A stretch of 64,000 nt of DNA from an uncultured Clostridia bacterium (GTDB lineage: Bacteria; Bacillota; Clostridia; TANB77; CAG-508), in assembly GCA_944389745.1 (NCBI GenBank), contig CALXNM010000005.1:8078-72077 (forward strand). The letters are read 5' to 3'. The position numbers were made by a program, and so were the translations under genes. Under the pieces are notes generated by a model. It did not search any database. It was not told the origin of the DNA and saw only the letters and a program-made list of their open reading frames with translations. Below, piece by piece: positions 30,330 through 39,745 of the stretch. Each line of letters opens with the position of its first letter. Within the stretch, counting starts at the first letter, position 1.

Positions 30330-31934
30330 ATGAAAATTGATTATAAAAGCATGGAAGAATTAGCAGAAGAAGGCATGAGTTATGGAAAAATAGCTGATAT
30401 ACTAGATGTTGATTTGAGGACAGTAGTAGAATATTTGGAAGGACTAAAATCACAAGCTGGCAAAAGAGAAAATGAAGCTATACAATATGGTGCAAGTAGA
30501 AGAGAACAAATAGCACAATTACGATTAGAGCAAAAAATGTCGGTTGCAGATATAGCAAAAAAAATGGAAATTTCTGAGTCTTTTGTAAAAGAAGATTTAA
30601 TGGCAATGGGAATTGATGCATTTAGTTTAGAACCAACAGCAAAACCAAAAAAAAATACTAATAAAGAAAGGATGAATTCTAAACCTGATATTCCAAGTAC
30701 TCAAACTGAATCACCAGAAGCTGAAGCCGAAAGAAGAAGACAGATTGTAAGATTAATGTATGAAAAGGATAAAAAACCAGAAGAAATTTATTCTATGTTT
30801 AGTGATATACCACGTAGTGTGATTTCTAAGGATATTAGATATATGTTAAGAAATAAAATATATAGAGCAAGGGATGTAAGTGTGGTTGTAAGACCTGACA
30901 CTTCAATACAAAGCGAATCTAGTGATGAAAGATTGAAAACAAAAAGTAAAACAACTAGAGCCTCAAAAACACAACGCAGTGAAAGAAGGGAGAAGTTGTT
31001 AGATTTACTAAGAGGTAAAAAGATGACTCAAAAGCAAATGGCAGAAGCATTAGGAGTATCGCAACCAACAGTTAGTGCAGATATAAGATATTTAATAGAA
31101 GCAGGAATAATAACCAAAGAAGATATATCTGCTAAAGGAAAGAAAAAAGAAGAGGAAAAGCCAGAAGGAGAAACACAAATTAATGAGAGGGGCAAGAAAG
31201 AAACAGGAAGAAAATCACAAATTCGTGAAAGAAGAGAAAAATTATTAGGTTTATTAAGAAGCAATAATAATATGATGACTCAAGGGCAAATGGCAAAAAT
31301 CTTAGATGTATCACAAGCTACTATTTGTAATGACATAAAATATTTAATAAGAGAAGGAATGATAACTAGAGAAGAAATCAACAAAGGCGAAACACAAGAA
31401 ACTGTAAGAATTACTACAGAAACTCCAACGGAACAAACCTCAGAGCCAAAACTAGAACCAAAATCAGAACTATCATTAGAACCAGTGGTATCACAAAAAT
31501 CGGATGAAGAAGTATCACCAAAACAAGAAGCAGAACAAGCACAACATATAGAAACAGAAGTAGAATCTGAGCTAATAAAAAAAGAGGAGTCAGATGAAAA
31601 AATAGAAACAGAAACTACAAATCCAGAAATAGAAGTACCTAATCAAGTGCAACAAAAGCCGGAAGAGAAAACGTCAAAAGGAATAAAAAGAAATAGTGCA
31701 GAAAGAAAATATATACTAATGATGATTGGAAAAATAAAAAGTTTATCTGTTCAAGGAAAAACAGAATTAGCAATCCAATATTTAGAAACACTGCTAAAAG
31801 AAATGTCTTTTACCGAAGCTGAAAAAAAGCAATTCTTTGGAATTATGAAAACATTACAAGGCGAAAGAGTAAAAAAGATAAAGCAACGTTACTTTAGTGC
31901 AGATAATAGTGATATAGGTGCTAATGAACGTTAA
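30330..31934 (+). CDS. 534-aa protein with five tandem helix-turn-helix modules and an acidic low-complexity region
   Basis: Repeated modules, e.g. MTQKQMAEALGVSQPTVSADIRYLIEAGIITKEDI and MTQGQMAKILDVSQATICNDIKYLIREGMITREEI, plus three more divergent HTH-like units upstream. Confidence 0.75.
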   Translation: MKIDYKSMEELAEEGMSYGKIADILDVDLRTVVEYLEGLKSQAGKRENEAIQYGASRREQIAQLRLEQKMSVADIAKKMEISESFVKEDLMAMGIDAFSLEPTAKPKKNTNKERMNSKPDIPSTQTESPEAEAERRRQIVRLMYEKDKKPEEIYSMFSDIPRSVISKDIRYMLRNKIYRARDVSVVVRPDTSIQSESSDERLKTKSKTTRASKTQRSERREKLLDLLRGKKMTQKQMAEALGVSQPTVSADIRYLIEAGIITKEDISAKGKKKEEEKPEGETQINERGKKETGRKSQIRERREKLLGLLRSNNNMMTQGQMAKILDVSQATICNDIKYLIREGMITREEINKGETQETVRITTETPTEQTSEPKLEPKSELSLEPVVSQKSDEEVSPKQEAEQAQHIETEVESELIKKEESDEKIETETTNPEIEVPNQVQQKPEEKTSKGIKRNSAERKYILMMIGKIKSLSVQGKTELAIQYLETLLKEMSFTEAEKKQFFGIMKTLQGERVKKIKQRYFSADNSDIGANER

Positions 31935-32049
31935 TATTTATAGCATGTTTAATTTAATTTTTATTTTATATAACCTTTATATAAACAAAAATACAAAAAA
32001 AAGAAACCCCTTTCGGGGAAAAGAAATAGTTTTCTTTTTTGGTGTAGTA

Positions 32050-32340
32050 TTAGTAGTCATACCGATGATCAATTAAAGATTTTATGAAATAAGCTTCAAG
32101 TATGCTCCATGCGATAATTGAAACTATTATAGGCCAAGAATTGTTGCCAAGCATTGCATTCACGATTATTATCAGAATATCGAGTATAATCATGATTGCA
32201 GCTACTACAATCAAAACCCTTGATATTAGGTTTGGCCGGTCTGCTGGTGTTATCAACAAGAACAAACTTGAGGCTACTAGCACAAGAGATTTAATCAACA
32301 TCAGTGTGAAATGCATGTCGGCATACGATACTACTACCAT
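32050..32340 (-). CDS. foreign-composition cassette B: 96-aa protein with three predicted TM helices
   Basis: ATG 32340 (MVVVSYADMHFTLMLIK...) is preceded by AGGAGG. Three hydrophobic helices. Hand-counted GC is 37-43%. The track ORF starts at GTG 32415 with no SD. Confidence 0.65.
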   Translation of the reverse strand: MVVVSYADMHFTLMLIKSLVLVASSLFLLITPADRPNLISRVLIVVAAIMIILDILIIIVNAMLGNNSWPIIVSIIAWSILEAYFIKSLIDHRYDY

Positions 32341-32630
32341 GGTTCCTCCTAAAAGTTGTGGACGACACGAACACTTTGCAAAAGCTAAACCTACAGAGGA
32401 ATTCACTCCCTTCACTAATTACTAGTAAAATGGATTGACAACATAGGTTGGAAACCTATATATTCTTATATTATACCACATTTACATAAATAAGATAAAT
32501 GAAAATTAAATTCATAATTTATATAAAATAATATAGAAAAAAGAAATAATTAATAGTATAATGAACGTGATTGAAATAATAAAGCACTGGGTAAAAGCGA
32601 AAGAAAAAAATAACAAAAGGAGAGGTTTTT

Positions 32631-34091
32631 ATGGAATTAAAATATATAGAAAGCGATATAGGAAAGAAGAAAATAAAAAAATATAAAAGAATAAATGCAA
32701 TGTATATAATTTGTTATATATTAATTTCAATTATATATATTTTAATGGCATTAGATGCAAGAAAAATGATAGCTTTAATAGTTTTTTCCATTTTATATAT
32801 TCTTATTATACTATTATTACGCTTTATTAAAGATGGACATTTAAATAGATTTATGCAGGAAACATTAACACAGGAAATTTGTATAGATGGATTTATAAAT
32901 TTAAATGTTTATAGGGCAAAAAGAGCTGAAAAGAAACTAAAAAATCATAGATATAATAAAATATATAATTATACATTATTAAACATATTAGATGGCTATA
33001 TAAGAATGGAAGATTTTGAACAAGCAAATAGTATTATTGGATTTTTAGAGAAAAGGGAATTAGATAATTTATCTAAAGCATTTTTAATCAGAACTAAGGG
33101 AAGTATGGCTTTTTATCAAGAAAATAAAGAAGAATTTAACAAAAAATATAATAACTTTATAGAAACAGTAAATTTGTTACCTGAAAAACAAAGAAAAGTA
33201 TTGGAAACATCATTAGATTTACCAAAATATATTTTTGAAAATAATGAAAGTGAAGTAAATAAAATATGTGGCCAATTATTAAATAGCCAATTATTAATAA
33301 ACAGAGTTGTGGCATCATATTATAAAGGAGTAATTTCAGAGAAAAACAATAAAGAAGAATACAAAAATTACTATAAATTTGTAGCAGAAAATGGAAATGA
33401 CTTGTACATCACAAAAGTCGCGAGCGAAAAAATAAATATGCCAATAGTAGTAAAGTACAAAGGAAAAAAACATATAGGATTTAAAATATTAACTACCATA
33501 CTATTTATACTTATTTTATTTACAACATTATTTGTGTGTGATTTTTATATAGAAGATTCAAAACCTAAAAAATGGGATATAGGAATAGTGAGCATAAATA
33601 ATATAGAAATAAGATTACCTTGTTCAATAGAAGAACTAGAAAATACATTAGATGTGCAAATAGATAGTTCATTAATAGATGAATTAGGATATTATGATTT
33701 ATACTTAGACGGACAATATTTCACTGTAGGAGATAGTACATTTGTGGCAGGCGATAAATGTATTACATTAAAGATAAATGGAAATGAAGTTGAGGGAATA
33801 GAGATAAACATAGCAAATCTTTGGAATGATGAACTAAACACAGAATTAGGAGATATGGTAATATTCCCAGGAAATATTACAGCAAATAGTACAATTGACG
33901 ACATTAAAGAAACATATAAAACAGGAATTATAAATCCTGCAATGCGCGAATGGCATGAAGATATAGACAATAATACTAACGATAATAATGGAGATAAATC
34001 TTATGGAATTAATTATTCAGGTGATAATTTTGATATTAGTATAAAAAGTTTAAATGGAAAAGTAACTTCAATATATTATTATAGTAAATAG
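32631..34091 (+). CDS. 486-aa membrane protein of unknown function
   Basis: Two N-terminal TM helices, a helical cytoplasmic region, a third TM helix near residue 290, and a C-terminal extracytoplasmic domain. GGAGAGG SD. No family recognised. Confidence 0.7.
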   Translation: MELKYIESDIGKKKIKKYKRINAMYIICYILISIIYILMALDARKMIALIVFSILYILIILLLRFIKDGHLNRFMQETLTQEICIDGFINLNVYRAKRAEKKLKNHRYNKIYNYTLLNILDGYIRMEDFEQANSIIGFLEKRELDNLSKAFLIRTKGSMAFYQENKEEFNKKYNNFIETVNLLPEKQRKVLETSLDLPKYIFENNESEVNKICGQLLNSQLLINRVVASYYKGVISEKNNKEEYKNYYKFVAENGNDLYITKVASEKINMPIVVKYKGKKHIGFKILTTILFILILFTTLFVCDFYIEDSKPKKWDIGIVSINNIEIRLPCSIEELENTLDVQIDSSLIDELGYYDLYLDGQYFTVGDSTFVAGDKCITLKINGNEVEGIEINIANLWNDELNTELGDMVIFPGNITANSTIDDIKETYKTGIINPAMREWHEDIDNNTNDNNGDKSYGINYSGDNFDISIKSLNGKVTSIYYYSK

Positions 34092-34186
34092 AAAATTATA
34101 AAAAATAACAATTTGTTAGTCTTAGCAAGTTGTTATTTTTTTCTTTATTAAAAAAAGACACAAAATAGTTAATTTTGCGTCTAAAA

Positions 34187-34546
34187 TGGTGGAGATGATG
34201 GGATTTGAACCCATGTCCAATAATCCGTCCATAAGAACTTCTCCGAGTGCAGTTTGTTAATAAAATTCCCTAAAAACTAATTAACAAACAAATTATATTT
34301 TTAGGTAGTCAAATAAATACCCTTTATTCCTATGACGAGGAAATAAATTCGTTTCCCACGTTTATGACGTTTTATCTAAAGCTGTGGGGCGCTAAAGTAA
34401 AACGAGCTGCTAATCTTAAGCAGCGTAAGCTAATTCTCTATTATCAGCGTTTATATTTAAATTTCGCTTTTTTATAGTGGCCGAAGCGACCATCCACTAC
34501 TCGCTATTCATACTTCAGGGTTACTGTCGAAACCAAATACATCCCC
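34187..34546 (-). ncRNA. ssrA: tmRNA (SsrA)
   Basis: The reverse complement starts GGGGATGTATTTGGTTTCGAC and ends GGGTTCAAATCCCATCATCTCCACCA. Internal tag reading frame is GCT GAT AAT AGA GAA TTA GCT TAC GCT GCT TAA (ADNRELAYAA*). Confidence 0.93.
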
Positions 34547-34678
34547 ATAAAAAGTACAATAATAATTATACTATAAATTATGAAAAAATACAAGATAATA
34601 TGAATGAATAAAGATGAAAAATTAAAGGCTAGAAAAGACAAATAAAGAGGAAATTAACATGCAAATAGATTTGAAAAA

Positions 34679-34707
34679 TTGAATTTTACATAAAATTGTG
34701 GTAAAAT
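34679..34707 (+). promoter_or_regulatory. candidate promoter of cassette C (GNAT)
   Basis: TTGAAT (34679..34684), 17-nt spacer, TGgTAAAAT (hexamer 34702..34707). Confidence 0.5.
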
Positions 34708-34738
34708 ATAATTGTCCGTATAGTGGAGGTGTTTACAC

Positions 34739-35206
34739 ATGGAAAAATTGGAACGGACAAATGTAGTTCTGGAAACAATCCATGAGGACGATGATGCTGA
34801 GGAGTATTATCAAATCGCACAAGACTCTGGAATACAGGAGTATGTAGGCTTCATGTATCCCACTGATCTGATGCATGCACAGGAAATCCTGGACTTCCTG
34901 TCTGATCCCAGACTCATCTGCTTCAAAATCATTGAAGTGGATACCGGCGACATGGTCGGAATCATTCTGGGTGACCCGTTAACTAGCACCATTATTGACA
35001 TATCATATTTTGTGGGTGCAGATTACCGTGGTCAGGGATACTGTTCATCAGCTGTCCAACAGCTGGAGGAGTATCTGAGAGAAGATACCTGTTTCACAAT
35101 TATGAGGTTCTTTGTCAAGGAAGACAACGAGGAGTCTCAGAATGTGATGAGCAGGCTCGGTATCGAGCGGAGGTTCGGGAACGTTTATATGCTGGACATT
35201 GATTAG
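34739..35206 (+). CDS. foreign-composition cassette C: GNAT family N-acetyltransferase (RimJ/RimL-like)
   Basis: IDISYFVGADYRGQGYCSSAVQQLEEYL (motif A, R/Q-x-x-G-x-G/A) and VKEDNEESQNVMSRLGI. GGAGG SD lies 9 nt before the ATG. Hand-counted GC is 42-50%. Confidence 0.8.
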   Translation: MEKLERTNVVLETIHEDDDAEEYYQIAQDSGIQEYVGFMYPTDLMHAQEILDFLSDPRLICFKIIEVDTGDMVGIILGDPLTSTIIDISYFVGADYRGQGYCSSAVQQLEEYLREDTCFTIMRFFVKEDNEESQNVMSRLGIERRFGNVYMLDID

Positions 35207-35221
35207 AAACTCCTGCATCAT

Positions 35222-35259
35222 GGTGCCATATCTCGTGAAGAGTGTGGCACCTATTTTTT
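35222..35259 (+). terminator. rho-independent terminator of cassette C
   Basis: GGTGCCA ... TGGCACC stem followed by TATTTTTT. Confidence 0.7.
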
Positions 35260-35387
35260 GCAAAAACAAACAAAAAAATATTAGAAAAATTTATCAAAAA
35301 TTGTTTACTTTTGTAAATTTTTTGTATACAATATAAATAGTAATTTTTAAGAGATAATCAAAAGAAAAATGAAAGGGGCTATTGCCG

Positions 35388-36680
35388 ATGAAAATATTAA
35401 TGTTAACATGGGAATATCCACCAAGGATTGTTGGCGGAATAGCAAGAGTTGTACACGATTTGTCTAAAAGATTAATAAAAGATGGCCATGAAGTCACAGT
35501 AGTAACATATAAAGACGGAAATGTACCATATTATGAGAATGATAAGGGTGTTGATGTATATAGAGTAGATAACTATATGATCCATCCTAATAATTTTATA
35601 GATTGGATATTACAACTTAATTTTAATTTAGCTGCAAAAGCATCAGAAATAATAAATAAAAATGGAAAATTTGATGTTATACATGCGCATGATTGGTTAG
35701 TTGCAAATGCTGCAAAAACATTAAAGAGTGCATTTGATATACCTGTTGTTTCTACCATACATGCAACAGAATCAGGAAGAAATTCTGGAATACATGATGA
35801 AACACAAAGATATATAAATGATACAGAATGGCTTTTAACATATGAATCTACAGAAGTTATAGTTAATAGTAATTACATGAAAAGTCATGTACAAGGTTTG
35901 TTTGGACTTCCATTTGATAAAATAAATGTAGTACCAAATGGAATTAATTTAAATAACTTTAACGGAGTAGATAGAGATTATGATTTTAGAAGACAATATG
36001 CAATGGACAATGAAAAAATCATACTTTATTTAGGTAGATTAGTATATGAAAAAGGTGTACAATATCTAATTTCGGCTATGCCTAAAATTCTAGACAATTA
36101 TCATGATGCTAAATTAATAATAGCAGGAAAAGGTGGAATGCTAGACGAATTAAAAGCACAAGCTGAACATATGGGACTTTCAAATAAAGTATATTTCACA
36201 GGTTATTTAGGTGGAAAACAAGTTCAAAAAATGTATAAATGTGCTGATGTGGCTGTATTCCCAAGTACATATGAACCATTCGGAATTGTTGCCTTAGAAG
36301 CTATGCTTGCAGGTGTTCCAACAGTTGTATCAGATATTGGAGGATTAAACGAAATAGTAGACCATAGAGTTAATGGAATGAAGAGTTATGCTGGAAATCC
36401 AAACTCAATTGCTGATTCAGTTTTAAGTTTACTATTTGATGGGCAACTTTCAGCAAACTGTGCTAAAAAAGCAAAACAAAAAGTAAAAGAAGAATATAAT
36501 TGGAATAAAATAGCTCAAGATACACACTATATATATGAAAAAGCTATTTGCAAAACAATGGCTCAAAGACAAGCTGAGCAAATGGCTCAAGAAAAAGCTA
36601 AGAAAACAACTAAAGCTAAAAATACAGAAAGAGAGATTACAAATTTGTTAAGCTTCAAGAAGAAACATGCTTATGCATAA
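35388..36680 (+). CDS. glycosyltransferase family 4 (GT-B, EX7E motif)
   Basis: MKILMLTWEYPPRIVGG N-terminus, FPSTYEPFGIVALEAMLAG, Lys-rich C-terminal tail. The track ORF begins at TTG 35382. Confidence 0.85.
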   Translation: MKILMLTWEYPPRIVGGIARVVHDLSKRLIKDGHEVTVVTYKDGNVPYYENDKGVDVYRVDNYMIHPNNFIDWILQLNFNLAAKASEIINKNGKFDVIHAHDWLVANAAKTLKSAFDIPVVSTIHATESGRNSGIHDETQRYINDTEWLLTYESTEVIVNSNYMKSHVQGLFGLPFDKINVVPNGINLNNFNGVDRDYDFRRQYAMDNEKIILYLGRLVYEKGVQYLISAMPKILDNYHDAKLIIAGKGGMLDELKAQAEHMGLSNKVYFTGYLGGKQVQKMYKCADVAVFPSTYEPFGIVALEAMLAGVPTVVSDIGGLNEIVDHRVNGMKSYAGNPNSIADSVLSLLFDGQLSANCAKKAKQKVKEEYNWNKIAQDTHYIYEKAICKTMAQRQAEQMAQEKAKKTTKAKNTEREITNLLSFKKKHAYA

Positions 36681-36717
36681 GAAAATTGGCTTAATAATAA
36701 GGAAGGGTAGATAATAA

Positions 36718-37050
36718 ATGAATGTGTATGATACAGCAAATAGATTAGCTTATGAAATACAAGAATCAGACGAATACAAACAATATAAAAAGCTAAAAGA
36801 TAGTGTAATGTCAAATAATGAAACAAAAGGAAAAATAGAAGAATTTGAAAAATTAAGATATGACGTTCAATTAATGGACTATACAGGTGAGAAAAAGGAT
36901 GAAGAAAAAACAAAGAAATTAGAAGATATGTATAGAATGTTAGTTGAAGATAAACAAATAAAAGAATATTTTGATTTAGAAGTGAAATTTAACGTTATGA
37001 TAGCAGACGTTAATAAGATAATAGCAGAAGCAATACGAGACGTACTTTAA
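36718..37050 (+). CDS. YlbF/YmcA-family (UPF0342) protein
   Basis: MNVYDTANRLAYEIQESDEYKQYKKLKDSV... has typical YlbF-like helical-bundle sequence and size. Confidence 0.7.
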   Translation: MNVYDTANRLAYEIQESDEYKQYKKLKDSVMSNNETKGKIEEFEKLRYDVQLMDYTGEKKDEEKTKKLEDMYRMLVEDKQIKEYFDLEVKFNVMIADVNKIIAEAIRDVL

Positions 37051-37110
37051 AATTGATTTTAATGTTGGCCGATTATAAAAATTTTATTATATAATAAATA
37101 TGTTGTTAGG

Positions 37111-37150
37111 AGCTTTTGATATGTACATAAATACATATCAAAAGCTTTTT
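37111..37150 (+). terminator. rho-independent terminator
   Basis: Perfect 15-bp stem AGCTTTTGATATGTA / TACATATCAAAAGCT with a 6-nt loop and TTTT. Confidence 0.8.
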
Positions 37151-37191
37151 AAATAATTTATTATAAAATACTAAAAGAAAAGGTGAATTAG

Positions 37192-37941
37192 ATGCTTTAC
37201 TATATTTTAACAATTGTGTTTTGTATAATTACCATTATTGTACTAAAATTTGGATTTAATATAAAACTTAAAAATATAAAAAGAATAAAAGAATTAGGTT
37301 ATGATAAAGATTTAAATAGAATAGCAGATAAATTTCCTAATAATAAAGAAATTTGTGAAAAAATCCTAGATAAATTAGGTAATAAAACAGTAAAAATAGA
37401 AGAAAATAAGGATTCAAAAGCAAGTTTATATATAGCTGCTACAAATAAAATAATTATAGCAAATATAAAAGATACATTTACAAGAATACAAACAATATCA
37501 CATGAGTGTTTACATTCTGTACAAAACAGAAAAATTTTAATGTTTAATTTTGCTTTTTCAAACATATACATTCTTTATTTTGTTGTTTCACTTATTCTAA
37601 TTTTGTTTAATGTAGGAGAAGAATATTTTAATATATATATTTTAGTATACTTTTTATTAACATTAATATATGTAGGAATAAGGATGTATTTAGAAAACGA
37701 AGCTATGAGTCAGGCTATGTATGTGGCAAAAGATTATATGGAAGAATATAAAAATGAAATAGATTCAAAACAAGAAACTCAAAAAAATGAAACAAAAGTA
37801 GAAATAAAAGATGAAGAAATAGGAAAACTTGTAAAAGGATTTAGTGAAATAAATAAAATAGGAATACCATTTACAAATTTCTATTTAATAACACTATGCC
37901 TAATAAAAATAATAATATTATGTATAATTGCACTAATTTGA
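37192..37941 (+). CDS. membrane protein with an HExxH motif (putative zinc metallopeptidase)
   Basis: ISHECLHSVQ (HExxH) lies between TM helices. The function is tentative. Confidence 0.55.
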   Translation: MLYYILTIVFCIITIIVLKFGFNIKLKNIKRIKELGYDKDLNRIADKFPNNKEICEKILDKLGNKTVKIEENKDSKASLYIAATNKIIIANIKDTFTRIQTISHECLHSVQNRKILMFNFAFSNIYILYFVVSLILILFNVGEEYFNIYILVYFLLTLIYVGIRMYLENEAMSQAMYVAKDYMEEYKNEIDSKQETQKNETKVEIKDEEIGKLVKGFSEINKIGIPFTNFYLITLCLIKIIILCIIALI

Positions 37942-38043
37942 CCAAATTTTGGTCAAATTTTTTTAATTTTGCTATAAATATACTTTAAAAAAAGTATATT
38001 TTGTAGTAGAATATATGGTATATTGTGTTTTAAGGAGTTTTAA

Positions 38044-39729
38044 ATGAATAAAAAATGGGAATGTTATGAAGTTGACGAAAGCAAGGTAAAAGAATTAGCA
38101 CAAAAATATAATATAAATGAAATTTTAGCAAAAATATTAGTTAATAAAAATCTTACAAAAAAACAAGATATAGATTTATTTATTAATCCTACAAGAAAAG
38201 ATTTCCATGATCCTTTTTTTATGCCAGATATGGAAATAGCAGTAGAAAGAATTTTAAAAGCAATAGATAATAAAGAGAAAATCATGATTTATGGAGATTA
38301 TGATGCTGATGGAATAACAAGTATAACTGTTTTAAAAAGTTATTTAGAAGAAAGAGGTTTAGAAGTTTCTTCATATATTCCAAATAGAATAAATGAAGGT
38401 TATGGATTAAACAAAAAAGCAATAGAAAAAATATATAATGATGGATACAGGCTAATGATAACAGTTGATTGTGGAATAACAGGAGCTGAAGAAATAGATT
38501 ATGCAAATTCATTAGGAATAGAAACAATTATAACAGATCATCATGAGCCAGCTGAAGAAATTCCAAAAGCAGTTGCTGTAGTTGATGCGAAAAGAAAAGA
38601 TAATAAATATCCATTTAATCAATTAGCAGGAGTTGGAGTAGTTCTTAAACTAATTCAAGCAATATCAATAAAACTTAATTTAGAAGAAAAAGAATACTTA
38701 AAATATTTAGATATTGTATGCATCGGAACAATATCTGATATAGTTCCTTTAGTTGATGAAAATAGAGTAATTGCAAAATTAGGATTAAAGCTAGTAGCTC
38801 AAACAAGAAATATTGGATTAAGAGCATTATTAGATATAATTGGATTTAAAAAAATAGATTCCGGAGCAGTATCATTTGGAATTGCTCCTAGAATAAATGC
38901 TTGTGGCAGAATGGGAAATGAGCAGCTTGCCTTGGATTTGTTTCTTTGCAAGGATTATGAATTAGCTAGAAAATTAGCAATTAAGCTAAATGAATACAAT
39001 GTGGAAAGACAATCAATAGAAAAAAAGATTTTTGATGAAGCTGTAGAAAAAATAGAACAAAATGAAAAAGATAGTAGCTGTATAATAATTGGAAATGAAG
39101 GATGGCACCATGGAATTATAGGTATAGTAGCATCAAAGGTAACAGAAATGTATTTTAAGCCATCCATTTTAGTTTGTTTTGAAGACGCCGTTGGCAAAGG
39201 TTCCGGAAGAAGTATACCAGGATTTGATTTACATGAGGCTTTAATGAACTGCTTAGATTATTTAGATAAATTTGGCGGACATGAAATGGCAGTTGGTGTT
39301 ACTTTAAAACAAGAAAACTTTGATAAATTCAAAGTTGAATTAGAAACATATGCAAAAAAATGTGAAATAGATAAAATAGTTCCAATAATAAATATTGATA
39401 GTGAAGTGTCACTAAAAAGTGTTAATATAGAAAATGTAAAAAGTTTATCACTATTAGAACCATACGGTGAAGCAAATAAAATGCCAATATTTTTATTTAA
39501 AAACTTAAAAATAAATTCAATTAGAGCTTTATCAGATGGAAAACATTTAAAACTAAGTTTAAAAGATGATGGATTTATGGTAGATTCCATTGGATTTAAT
39601 ATGGGACAGCTTTCAGAAGAATACTTACTAGATGATAAAGTGGATATTGTTGGAAACTTAGATATAAATTCATTTAACGGAAATGAAAGTGTACAAATTA
39701 TAATTAAAGATATAAGAAAATCGTACTAA
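38044..39729 (+). CDS. recJ: single-stranded-DNA-specific exonuclease RecJ
   Basis: DHH motifs IYGDYDADGITS, VDCG, ITDHH and the DHHA1 region GGHEMAVG. Confidence 0.93.
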   Translation: MNKKWECYEVDESKVKELAQKYNINEILAKILVNKNLTKKQDIDLFINPTRKDFHDPFFMPDMEIAVERILKAIDNKEKIMIYGDYDADGITSITVLKSYLEERGLEVSSYIPNRINEGYGLNKKAIEKIYNDGYRLMITVDCGITGAEEIDYANSLGIETIITDHHEPAEEIPKAVAVVDAKRKDNKYPFNQLAGVGVVLKLIQAISIKLNLEEKEYLKYLDIVCIGTISDIVPLVDENRVIAKLGLKLVAQTRNIGLRALLDIIGFKKIDSGAVSFGIAPRINACGRMGNEQLALDLFLCKDYELARKLAIKLNEYNVERQSIEKKIFDEAVEKIEQNEKDSSCIIIGNEGWHHGIIGIVASKVTEMYFKPSILVCFEDAVGKGSGRSIPGFDLHEALMNCLDYLDKFGGHEMAVGVTLKQENFDKFKVELETYAKKCEIDKIVPIINIDSEVSLKSVNIENVKSLSLLEPYGEANKMPIFLFKNLKINSIRALSDGKHLKLSLKDDGFMVDSIGFNMGQLSEEYLLDDKVDIVGNLDINSFNGNESVQIIIKDIRKSY

Positions 39730-39745
39730 AGGAGGGAAAAAACGT

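Noticed and set aside
28457-34546. Classical tRNA- or tmRNA-targeted integrative island
   Set aside because: The foreign genes lie on the 5' (promoter) sides of tRNA-Trp and ssrA, not at their 3' ends. I saw no integrase or excisionase gene and no duplicated tRNA or tmRNA 3'-end segment by eye. A computational repeat search is still needed.
34810-35297. Short - strand ORFs (34810..35001, 35048..35269, 35115..35297) over the GNAT cassette
   Set aside because: They are antisense to a GNAT ORF with clear motifs. This is the same GC-rich open-frame artefact.
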